A DNA stretch of 63,999 bases, filler included, from Sphaeroforma arctica JP610 (lineage: Eukaryota): assembly GCF_001186125.1 (NCBI RefSeq). It is 7 parts of 5 records of this genome, joined end to end, with 100 filler letters (N's around TTAATTAATTAA, not from the genome) between each part and the next. Parts side by side here need not be neighbours in the genome. Positions count along the whole stretch, not along the records: positions 20,153 to 34,129 come from NW_014040520.1; positions 34,230 to 54,372 come from NW_014040520.1; 5 more parts are not named here. One strand, given 5' to 3'. The notes under the pieces are model-generated. The model was not told the DNA's origin. It ran no database searches and saw only the letters and a program-made list of their open reading frames with translations. Below, one piece after another: positions 26,086-37,835 of this stretch (position 1 is the first letter of the stretch; the number at the start of each line of letters is the position of its first letter). The translations under genes and the position numbers were made by a program.

Positions 26086-29000
26086 TATTTTTAAGTTTAT
26101 AATACGCTATCGATATTATGACGAAAGGAAATAATAAGGCAGCGAATGTAGCTAAGGCTGCAAAAGTGGATTGGTTTACTGTAGGCGATGAAAAGCAAAA
26201 AGCACACCGGTACAACCGGTACCAACTCTGACTAAACGAAAATGTAAGAAGTTGGTTGACTCGGGTGTAGGTGCATCCGGAGGTAATGTGACTACGGAGC
26301 CGCAGAAGCCACCAGCGAAGAAGGCGAAATCTCGAAAAGGAAAAGCCGAGAAAACGCAATCCTCGGAAAATTCAACTTCAGAGGAAGTGCGACATGCACT
26401 GGAATCAGATGTATCATCTCCACCAGTGGACACGCGCAAAGCACGTAGGCGAGATCCTACTTATCACATGATAGCAAGGGATAGGAGAGCCTTCCTGAAG
26501 GACTACCAACCAATGGTACATGAATTGAGACCTACTAAGCAGCGGAAGAAAAAGCAAGCCGCAGCGAAGGATCAAAATCAGGGGAGGATGATTTGGAGGA
26601 TGAGCCAACAGCACAACCACTGTTGGATCAACCCCAAATCAACGTATCGGAATAACAACTGCGTTTCGTGGATACAGGTCCAGATGATGTGGACCATAAA
26701 TTTCACCATCAGGACGACGATTCGGACAGCAGGATTGACTCACAATTCCTGCGTTTACTCAAAACACCACTCCGACCGGCTTGGCGACAGAACTTTGATC
26801 TGGGCCATGAATATCAGACTCAGATTGATATTCAGGAGGAGGGTCAACGAGAGTTGATCCGACAGCGGGCCAACAGGGCATGGATGTTTCGAAATACGTA
26901 TGGTACGTACTTTCCGGACGTAATGAAGACCAAACCAGATGGTACCATCTCACCGAGGTATGTGACGAATGCAGCGGTAAGAAAGTTTGGGTACGATTTG
27001 TTTAGGGATACTAAATATTACAATCGGCTAAAATTAATGAAAACTGACGAATGTAAGCAAGCACACAAACATTTCCGTCAGTTTCAAAAGATACTGCCGG
27101 AGGTATTCGGAACTAGGAGAGATGGAAGTTTTGCATACTTAATTTGGTACGCAATTCGGGATTTTCTTGTAGACCTTCCCGACTTGATATCAAACCATTT
27201 GGCACTCTATCAAGCCATATTGGCGTTTGAGATGTTGTCAGACAATGGAGGGGCAAGCAGAATCCGATCTTCACCATTCGAAGCTCAATCTTCTCCTGGA
27301 TGGGACGCAACAGCAATGTCGCGAATGGCATCTGAACAGGAGCCTAATCCAAATCCACCACCGGAAGGAAATCCACAGAATGCCCCAGAGGTATTCCCGA
27401 AGGACAACCCGACCGAAGAGCCTAAACCTGATCAGGTGGAAGTTAGAAAGTCCTTGTCGTCATCGGGAGACAGTTCGCCCCCAGCGAGTATCCCAACGAC
27501 GACAAAAGATGCTGTCCCATCCGAAGCGTTCATTCACATTGAACAGGTCGATGGATCAAAGGATGAGGCAGACAACTGACTGCATGGTCAGATGCAGTTA
27601 GAAAAGAAGGGACCAGATCACTCTAGTAGTGATTTGAAAATTGCTGAATTCACTGTTCAAATGAACAAGGCCGAGACAGCTTCACTCGAGGCAATGGATC
27701 TACGTAGGATTGATGCCGCTAGTCTTTATATGACAATGGCTACGCACCTCCAGACTAAGATTGATTCAGAACTAAGAGTGATTCAGACCGAGAAGGCTGT
27801 GGAAGGCAAGAAGTTTGTAAAGGACATAGGTAAACTACCAACGACATACAGATCTGATCGAAAGGACCGGAAGGATCCAATCGATACTAGCAGTCTGGCG
27901 TTGTTATCTAGGTCTTTGAAAGAGTTTGGACAGATTATGCTTACAGCCAATCTATGGAAGAACCTATGGTTCGAAGCAGCGCAGCAGAACTTTAAGCCGT
28001 CCTCTTACAAGTATAACAAGTTAGAGAAGGCGAAACAAGCGACCACTAAGCTGAAAACGTGGAAAGTGTAGAGTGAGATGATCGTTCACTTATTTTCGAC
28101 GGATCTTCGACCGGAATTGCTTGTATCGATCATGATACCACCGGAAGAAGGAACGCCGGTGTCCCACTACTTATTAAAGTTGGACACACACATGTCACGG
28201 GCACAGACTCAAAAGATGTCACCTGACAAACTATCCATGTGTGTACTATGGGTGCAGACAATCTTTTGGTCAAACCTACATAGGAGAGATCAAGAGATTC
28301 TGTACGCCGATATGCATCAATCTTACCCGGACAAGGTACGAGAGATCTCCATCGAAGGACCTACCTACGGCATAATGAAGCTAGCGAACTGAACCTGGAC
28401 TGAATTTTACTCGAAAGCGGATCAGACGTTTACCAAACGCCCTAGTTCCGTGGTGAAAGAAGGTCAGCAGCAATCTTACCGGAGGATCAGGCAATGATCG
28501 AAACTCTCAGTCCACTAATGGAGGTCAGAAGGTACACAAAGGGGGTGACAAGGGTGGCAATAAGAACAAAAATACAAATGGTTCTGAAGGCAATAAGATC
28601 AATGTCATCCCTAAGGGTAACCAGACCAACAGAAATGAACCGCCGGCAGGCAACCTTAAGCCCAGGCATAGGGAGGCCAAGAACTGTAGTGAGACTGATT
28701 GCAATTGGCGAATGACCCGACATGAGCCGAATGGCAGATGGAATGGAAGGCACGCAGAAAGGTGTGAGCACTTTATCGAGAAGTGTGCCGACTGTACCGG
28801 GATTGGATTTTACCACAAGCATACATGCAAGGTGAAACCAAAAGTCGAAGTCAAGTGACAAACATACCGGGTCTCAAAAGGACGTACCTCAAGACGAGCG
28901 TGTAATCCTTGACATACGAGTTAACGGACATGAAATAAAAGCGTTATTAGATCCGGGCTCACAAATTTCATGTATATCCTCTAGAATCTGTAAAATGACA

Positions 29001-30709
29001 GACGTAACTCGTAAGTCAGAGCCAACTATGTTGAAGCTGGCTGATGAAAGAGATATCACTTGCAGAGAAATGACAGACCAACGAACTACAGTTACTAAGG
29101 CAGTCATATGTAGCACATCACCAGACTATGATCTCATAGTAGGTATGGGTGATTTATTGTCATTAGGTATCACAATTACAGGCTTACCTCCTAACATTGA
29201 ACCACAGAAGTATCAGTCGGACGACAAATTGTTGAAACCGGTATAAACCTTCGAAGACTGTGCAGGAGATGATCCCTCACTTCACAGAGAAACTCAAGGA
29301 CTTGATTTTCGAGAACGACAAGATTCGGATCACGGACTGGGCTAAGTTCAAATTCAATAACGGATACGTTAGTCTAGACCTGACGAGAGTAGATTTCTCG
29401 AAGCTGAAGTGTCTTACACGTAACTATGTTGCATGGCATCATGAGCAGGTCGTACGAGAACAGGTTAAGCATGGTTAGATGACGGAGTGATCGCAGTCAA
29501 CTATGAGCCGACTCCCGTCAACCTAGCGCCTTTAGCCGTCGACCAATTCAACTCTGACGGGACGCTGAAGAAAATTCGGGTATGTTTGGATATGAGCCCA
29601 ATTAACGCTTTGATACCGACACACAATTTCACCTACCAAGGATAAACGAACTACTCAGACGCATGGAGGGAGCTAAGATATTCTCCACTATCGACCTGAA
29701 GCAGGGCTATCACCAGATGAAGATCTACAAACCACACCGGAAGTATTTCACCTTTACCTGGGAGGGTCAGCAATATTCTTACAAAGGTACCCCCTTTGGG
29801 TTACACATGTTATCTGCGTTCTTTCAACAAATCATGCTAGACTTGTTTAGGGACATGGACAATGTACAAGTATACATTGATGACATTGTGGTATTCACCA
29901 AAACCAAAGAGGAGCACAACAAGGTTGTGCGAGAGGTTCTAGACAGACTCAACAAGCACAACTTTAAGGTCAGCAGTAAGAAATATCACTTCAGTGTTAA
30001 CGAGATTCAGCTGTTGGGTTACCGAGTATCCGGGGATGGAATCATGATCGATCCCGGGAAGGTCGAAAACTTGCTAGACTGGAGAACTCCTACCACGGGT
30101 AAGGATGTCAACAGCATGTGCGGATTCGGCAACTTTTTGTCTGACGGAGTACCACACCTGGCAAGTTATTTAAAGCCCTTTGGATATTTGAGATGTCATA
30201 AAGGCAAACTAGGCGCACTGTGGACCAAAGACTGTGATGACGCATTTAAGCAGCTCAAAACAGTGGTTCAACAGGCATCAGTAGTCCAGCCAGCAAAGGA
30301 TGGTATTCCATTCATGGTAGCAACAGACGCATCCGACATGGCACTCGGCGGCGTTCTGTATCAAATGATTGATGGGAAACCGAGATATGTACAGTTCTTT
30401 AGCAGAGCTATGAATTCGTCTCAGATCAATTACCCAACCGTGCAACAAGAGCTTTTGGCTATTGTTACTGCACTCACTCATTTTAAGGACTACCTATATG
30501 GCACACACTTTAACGTGCTATGTGATCAGAAGTCATTGCAACACCCAAAGGACATGAAACCTAACTCACAGTTAGTCAGTCGGTGGCATGACACGATCGC
30601 AAAATTTTCTTTCAGCATAGCACACATACCAGGTATTCACAATCACTTTCCCGACATGTTGTCTCGCTTCGTACCAGACTTTAACAAGATGGTTAGGGAG
30701 TTACTAGCT

Positions 30710-31080
30710 ACGGATTGGATGGTCAATCCTAGGTGGGTTAAGATCGCAGACAACATACATGGACCACATACCATAGATATGTTTGCCGCTCATCATAATA
30801 CGCAACTGCCGAGGTACCGGACACTGGAACATCCGAAAGGAGACGGATTCCAGATTGACTTTTAATACCACAGTTGCTAAATTATGTACATATTCAAGAT
30901 GCTACCATCACGTTGTGTTGTCCCCTAAGACACTCAGATAAATGGCTACCATAGTTGATCTCAATGATACAATGTGAGCCGATCTATGTGGATAGAAAGG
31001 TAGATACTTTCCTCTACCAGGGTACCCGGGCAGTCCAAAAGACGCCTTGGCGACATACTATTATATGTCGAATAGGTCCA
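30710..31080 (+). pseudogene. Dam-like N6-adenine methyltransferase domain in element F, catalytic NPPW segment deleted
   Basis: TDWMVNPRWVKIADNIHGPHTIDMFAAHHNTQLPRYRTL...FQIDF joins directly to LIPQLLNYVHIQDATITLCCP...TFLYQGTRAVQKTPWRHT. Element E has SKHNAWANPPWQ at this junction. Confidence 0.85.
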
Positions 31081-31956
31081 GTTGGAACAACCAAGTAGAC
31101 ACCATCCGAGACTTTCAAACAGAAGGTTGAGGAATCCAAGATTCCACTCTTGAATCCTAAGTCTCAATCAGAGACTGGGACAACACAAGCACCTGCAGTA
31201 TGTGTTACCGAGATACAGCCAAATTCAAAGGAATCAAAGAGGAGCGCAACACTAGTAAAAGCCTTCTACAACAAGATACGGTCTGACAGGGAAACTGCAT
31301 ACCAAGCAGAAACTCGATTGCTTAAGCAATTGATGAATGACTTTCCCGAGGTATATGATCATGTGACTTAACTAATGGATAGATCAAACAATAGTCGGAT
31401 TCACGATGTAGAAGCTTTAGGCGAGATTGGACAAAACGAGTCTTCGAGTCCAAGTGATGACGCGGGGGAATCCTCACCTCCTGATTTCAATGTAACAAGT
31501 AAATCACAGGAGGCGATTCTGAAGTGGCTAAGACAAAATCATGATCTTAAGCACATGGATAAGGTTATAACTGAGAAAGATTGCAAGAGGTACGGAATCG
31601 TACACCCGAACCTCAAGCAATATATATATTAGGTGTATCATGAATGTAACAACTGCGAAGTTTACCGGATCAAGCGCTACGGATACGCACCTTTACGCAG
31701 CGTATCAGAAGACGAGCCGTGGCGCCGGGTTATCATTGATTTGATTGAGCTACCCACGTCCGAACACACGAAGGATGAATATGTCTGTCACATGTTTGAT
31801 GTCGCATCAAGATATAATGTATTGTATCCGCTGAAAGATAAATCGACACAAACTGTGGCTAAGTGCATATATAAGTGCTTCGCAGATTTCGGCTGGCCAG
31901 CTATTATATGTTCCGACAACGGTAGTGAGTTTACAGAAGATGTCATGACGACACTG

Positions 31957-32783
31957 TGTAATAAGCCGGGCCTCCACATTAGACTCTATGTTATAAACGT
32001 ACTCTTAAGCAGTACGCAAATTCCTAAACGTACTCTTAATAGTACGAGGAACTCAAGTTGCCTAAACGTACTTATAATAGTACGAGGAACTCAAGTTTCC
32101 TAAATGTGCTCTTAATAGCACGAGGAACTTAAGTTTCCTAAAATGGTTTTTAATGGTTTTATTAATTTATACCTTTTCCATTTAACATATCAGATATTTG
32201 GATGAGGCCATTAAAAGGCCTCAGTAAAATACCAAACATAAAGAGTTGGTCTAGTTCTATTAATAGAACTTTATTTACTTTTCAATTTTATTTATATCTG
32301 AATACTTCGGTAGCGAGATTGCTCAACCGAATATAGGTTTCTAGGGACTATTAACGTTACCTAGTTGATCCTCCGATAAGCCAACCAGATGTGCCAGTCT
32401 GATGAAGGCTAAGTCGGTAATTCTTGATAGTGGCAAGTTATTGGTTAAGACAATAACTAAGGACGTCAAGAGTTTTTTTATTTTTTTATTTCTTTTTTCT
32501 AAAGATAGGATTTTACGAGTCTCTCGGATTCGCCCCAGAATAGAGCGACAACGAAACACTAAATAAAATCCCTTCGGCGGAAACAGTACTGAGAGGATTA
32601 TATATAGGCAATGTCTCAGCCTCACAATCCCTCAGAGTATTGCTGTTTTCACGAGGCAAACCTAACTTTATTAAATGTCTCATTTCGTTTATTTATATCG
32701 ATATATATACGATACTTAGAATTTACCTACGCGTTTATTTATTCTAAGGCATTAGTATCGCCCTTATTAGACCGAATCTTACA
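31957..32783 (+). mobile_element. Solo LTR family D (827 bp) with 4-bp TSD ACTG, inserted in the element F integrase
   Basis: TGTAA...TTACA termini flanked by ACTG at 31953-31956 and 32784-32787; the integrase frame resumes after it (LLVAVSCHKMGVPYKPQTQG). Confidence 0.93.
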
Positions 32784-33823
32784 ACTGTTACTCGTTGCGG
32801 TATCATGCCATAAGATGGGTGTCCCTTACAAGCCTCAGACACAAGGTGCGAGCGAGGTACGACACAGAAAGATGGAGTTCATGCGGGGAGCACTACTTGA
32901 TGATGCTGACATGTGGCCGTACTCAATCAATTGGGTACATACACAGATGAACGAATCCCCTGATTCAGTCACTGGTACAACACCCGCTCACTACTTCCGG
33001 GGCCGTTTTAGTGAATTACAGATCCCCTGCAACAAGGAGTCTCAAGATGATCATGTGTTACCATGGTTAGAGAAGATGCGTCGGACCAGAGATGTGGTCT
33101 ATCCTTGCTTAAGGGAGATGAAGGACATCGCTCTCAAGAAGAGACAAAAGCGAAGGAATGATACCAAGAAAATAGTCGAGTTTGAGGTAGACGATATAGT
33201 CAACAATATGGCTCGCAACTCCGATACAACTGTGCTTACGGCTAAATATATTGGATGATCTCTGTGACTGATAAGAAGAGCTGAACGTATGCAGTTAACA
33301 ATTAAGAAGATTCTAGAGAAATACAAACATAAGGATTTGACATATTACACTACGGAGTTCGCCGATGGAGCATAGTATGATCTTCCACCATCAGCATTTG
33401 ATGATCCGGATGTACTAAAGGCTTTTAATAAGAAGTTTCGCAAACGCTTACACAAAAATAAGGCTGATGCAGAAACAATCTTACCATCGAATAAGCGACC
33501 CGAGCTATCTACAGACATAATATATTCCCAGCTTTAAACAGCATGGAATGTACGTACCTCCAAAAGGCACTAAGAAACGTCCCATCCACCATCAGGGACC
33601 ACAAGGACCAAAGCCCAAACGTAATAGAGTAACCGAGTAACTTAAAACGTCTAAGTATACTTTGTTTAAGAGAATATAACATAAGCATTGAGGCCGTTAT
33701 ATGATCGAAACCCGGTTCTTTTTTTTTCGCTTGTACAATTCATGTGAGCTTTTTGAGTCTCTGTGTTAATACCACGTATAAGCCAACATTGTAATTTTCA
33801 AGCTGGGGGGGGGGGGGGGGCTA

Positions 33824-34129
33824 TGTAAAAATAGCGGGTTCCTAATAGTAGTTGCACAGTTAACGTTATAAAGGTATACACGTATTAACGTTTATACATA
33901 TAATACTGGAATACGTTTAACGAATTGTACATGAACAAGGACTGAGATATTAAAGATTCTGAACAAATGATAATACTCAGTAGAGTATGGGACTTTACTG
34001 TGGACAATTAGGTGGGTTTTCAAGCATATATTGATTTTTCCACTGAAATTAGAATTGTAGATAATATTGGTATGATACAAATCTGACACCTGCAAATGAC
34101 ACTTTGGGAATCTCTAATTAACGGGAGTA
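33824..34129 (+). repeat. 3' LTR of element F (truncated by gap)
   Basis: Follows the PPT and is homologous to 25185-25490. Confidence 0.9.
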
Positions 34130-34238
34130 NNNNNNNNNNNNNNNNNNNNNNNNNNNNNNNNNNNNNNNNNNNNTTAATTAATTAANNNNNNNNNNNNNNN
34201 NNNNNNNNNNNNNNNNNNNNNNNNNNNNNTTTATTACT

Positions 34239-34273
<35 letters not shown>

Positions 34274-34985
34274 CAAACATATATATATGTATATGTATAC
34301 ACATATATCAGTATACACACACACGCATAAAAGGCAGGTACATATGTACATAAATACGTACACACACAAGCTCATTTATATATATATATACATATATATA
34401 TATATTATATATTATATTATATATATATATATATATAATATATACTATACACTATGCATATATATATATAGATTTTTATGTGCGTGTACAAGTATATGTA
34501 TGTGTATATGTAAATATTCGGGTTTTTGTGTGTGAATATTGTCTTATATTTGTGTACTTCTAAACATATTGGTTATATGATTAAGGCATTTGCATTGTAC
34601 TACTAGCATTTGATCTGTGTACGTGCGGTGGTTCGTGAGACCTGGCTGGCTAGATTTTCTACGCAGGTTCCTGCAGTGGCACATTCTTGCAGTATCTTAA
34701 GCCCGAGCGATTTATAGTCAAAATCAGTGGGTGTCGCAACCAGCTATTTGGTAATTAAGGTTTATGTGTGTGATTGTGTATATCTTATCTTCTGGCGTTG
34801 TACAGTGTACTGGTCTGTCATCCTGCGTGAGTGTATTTTCTAGTCCTTACAAAGTTCGAGACTCGAGACAACGCACGCAATCTGCAAACACCAACGGTGT
34901 ACCCTCATCTGTACACATCCTTTGAAGCATTGGTTTTGTGTAGTTAAACCTGCCTTCGTCTGACTACTATGCGCCAAATACACAG

Positions 34986-35966
34986 CCCTTCAGGGAGCCC
35001 TCAAGTTCAACGGTGGTGGTCACATCAACCACGACATTTTCTGGACCAATTTGGCCCCAACTAACCAGGGCGGCGGCGACTTCCCTTCCGGCAAGCTGTA
35101 CGATGACCTTATCGCCAAGTGGGGTTCAGTAGAGGCCTTCCAGAAGGACATGGCTGCCAAAACCGCTGCTGTTCAGGTAGACATATATGTGGCGCATGAT
35201 GGTGTATGATTACTGTCGACGAGTGTAGTATGGTTTGTAGCCTCATCGGTGCATTGTGCTACTTGGGAGTGGACACGCCTAGGCTAGTAGACACGCCTAG
35301 GCTGAGCTTAGAGCCAGCGTGCTTGTGTCTGACATGCTCGCTGTGGAGTACCGAAATGTCGGTGAGAACCGGTGTTTTTGTGTACTTTGATATTGATCGC
35401 GAACTGTGAATACGAGACCAATACGAGTTATAGACGCGCTGCATTGTGTGGCACCCTGGTATGTGTTGTATGACACCCCGGTATGTGCAGAGTCCTCAGG
35501 GAAGAGCTGGACGAAACGTCGTCGCCATGCTGCATCCGCTACGAGAGAATTTGAATTGTTAAAATGTATATCATTGTCATTGTACTGATAACACCGCCAT
35601 AAAGCACCGTGCTGTAATTTATATGTTTCTTTAGGTAAAATCTTGAGCTGACAGAAGTGGTTGTCATAAACTTATTGAGCAGGAATAGTTTGCTTATACT
35701 ACCGTTAACCTGCACCCATTTTTCTGTAGGGATCCGGATGGGGATGGTTGGGCTACGACAAGGTGAACAAGTCCCTCAAGATTCAGACATGTGCCAATCA
35801 AGACCCTCTGGAGGCCACTACCGGGCTCATTCCTCTGCTTGGTATTGATGTGTGGGAGCACGCATACTACTTGCAGTACAAGAATGTGCGCCCCGACTAC
35901 CTGAACGAGATCTGGAAGATCGTCAACTGGCAGAATGTTGCTGAGCGATACAACAAGGCTCAGTAA
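34986..35966 (+). CDS. SOD2: Manganese superoxide dismutase, last two exons (34986-35176, 35730-35966); 5' exons not found
   Basis: [16 protein letters not shown]...VQ|GSGWGWL...NQDPL...[15 protein letters not shown], with AG/GT boundaries in frame. Confidence 0.95.
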
Positions 35967-36449
35967 ATTAGGCTGCTGAGTCTGCCTTGCCCTTAATACT
36001 GGCATGCTGTGACAAGATTTATTAACTCTTGACCGACAATAAGGGCCTTTCTAAAAGGAAATGGTAGCTGATAAACAATTATGTTATTTGAACAGTCGAT
36101 GTAATTGCACATACAGAACGAAACTCAAATACCCGAGTGCTCGTGAGAAAAATGAATAGCTCTCTAAGTCATCTGAATTTGGGTTGAGAAACAGTCGCAT
36201 GCAGACAGAAATACGTGGCAGCGTGACATGCTTATGAAATATATTCAGAGGTTGAAACCGTTGTTAAGAATATTTTTTTAGTTCTGCAAGACACATTAAT
36301 TAGGCGTACAATTGTGTCGTTTTTCAACAAGTGATAGCACAATTACTGTGTGGGATGCACCCCACTTTCCTCAGCAATCAGAAACCGAACAAGAATAGCT
36401 ATAAATATATGCCATCTTTATTATATGATGTATAGATATATAGATATAT

Positions 36450-36480
<31 letters not shown>

Positions 36481-36591
36481 CGTATATGCATACATACATA
36501 TATACAAATACACATACGCACATACATACATACATGCATACATAAATATATATATATACAAGCATACATGCATACATGCATACAAACATAC

Positions 36592-36654
<63 letters not shown>

Positions 36655-37835
36655 ATATTGAATTCCACGTTCGGCGCGTTCAAAGGCTAGCAACACGCAT
36701 GATACATAAGGAAGTTACATACTTATAAACGCCGTGCAGTAGGGTTTAGGACGGCTAGGCCCTCTGTATTGAGTCTATGACTGCATGATACATAGGGAAG
36801 TTACATGCTTATAAATGCTGTGCAGTAGGGTTTAGGACGGATAGGCCCTCTGTATTGAGTCTCTGTGGAAAGTTTGCATCTTCTCTTGGACTAGCAAGAG
36901 TTCCAGTCTTCCAGACTCCTTCGAGGGTCTCTCTGTCTCTCATGCAACAAGGATCAAGATGTAGCCTAATAAATAGCATAGCTTTCTTCTAAAAACAGAG
37001 GGATAGTAAAAAGTCAAAGTTCGATGTCCGCGCCTGAATACAAAAAAATAAATACACTCCGAGTGACCGAGTGAAAGCAGATGGCCGTGGGGCGTGGGGC
37101 GAGTAGGCGGGCGTGCTGACTGGGCTCGTTGAGCCTATGTAGCGCCCGTGCCCCTGGGCCGTGGCCGTGGGTCCATGACTCCATGTCCCATGAGTCAATG
37201 TATGTATGTACATAAATAATAGTAGAGTGTGTTAGTACTATGTACTGAGTTCTGACAGGTGACAGCTTGTGAATATATCAACTTATCAGCCGAGTCCACA
37301 ATCCACCCCTGAGGTCTGAGGAGTGAGGACTGATATGACTCAGGAGAGCCCACTGCGCCCAGGGCCCCAGCCACCCCCAAGGCCTGTGGGCTGTGGTGGG
37401 AGTTGAGACCGTGGAGTGTGGAGTCATGACTCATAACTGCACTGCTGAAGGCCTGAACCCGGAAGTGGTGACCACCAGAGTGAGTCAGTGAGACGACTCT
37501 CTGGGGAGTCTGCCAGTCTGGGCCTCTGACCCTCTGCCTGTCTGCCCTCTGGAAGTCTGGGACTCTTGGCCCTCTCGCGGGTGAGTGGACTTGTTGTGGT
37601 GATTGGTGAGTGGCTGTGGAGTGTGGAGTGTGGAGTGCGGAGGCCTGGAGTTCCACTGGAGACCACTGATCTGGATTCTGGACGGCTGGAGGGCTAAAAA
37701 TAGATATTTATTTGTAAAAAACATTTCCAAATCTGGTATCAGTTTGTATGGAAAAATTATGAATAAATAGTGGGGGCAACTAGGTCATCAAGGTCATTAT
37801 GAAATCATACGGTACGCACGAGAAGGTTATACACT

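Larger units (their letters stand above)
25185..34129 (+). mobile_element. Ty3/Gypsy element F, structurally complete (LTR-gag-PR-RT-RH-MTase-IN-chromo-like-PPT-LTR) but degenerate
   Basis: Direct LTRs start TGTAAAAATAGCGGG at 25185 and 33824, with a poly-G PPT at 33805-33820. ORF 29663-30865 runs RT (YIDD), RH (TDASD) and the MTase start in one frame. Integrase spans 31540-33258. Confidence 0.95.

Noticed and set aside
17700..28890. Programmed gag-pol frameshift or readthrough site
   Set aside because: The frame offset after the gag stop differs between E (-1) and F (+1), and both copies are degenerate, so no mechanism can be inferred.
32611..33258. 215-aa ORF as a novel gene (also 31633-32103 and 6413-6778)
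   Set aside because: Chance fusions of LTR sequence and integrase across insertion junctions.
13894..34129. Classifying the MTase-bearing elements as DIRS retrotransposons
   Set aside because: They have an aspartic protease, an HHCC-DDE integrase, direct TG...CA LTRs, a PPT and TSDs; no tyrosine recombinase motif was seen.
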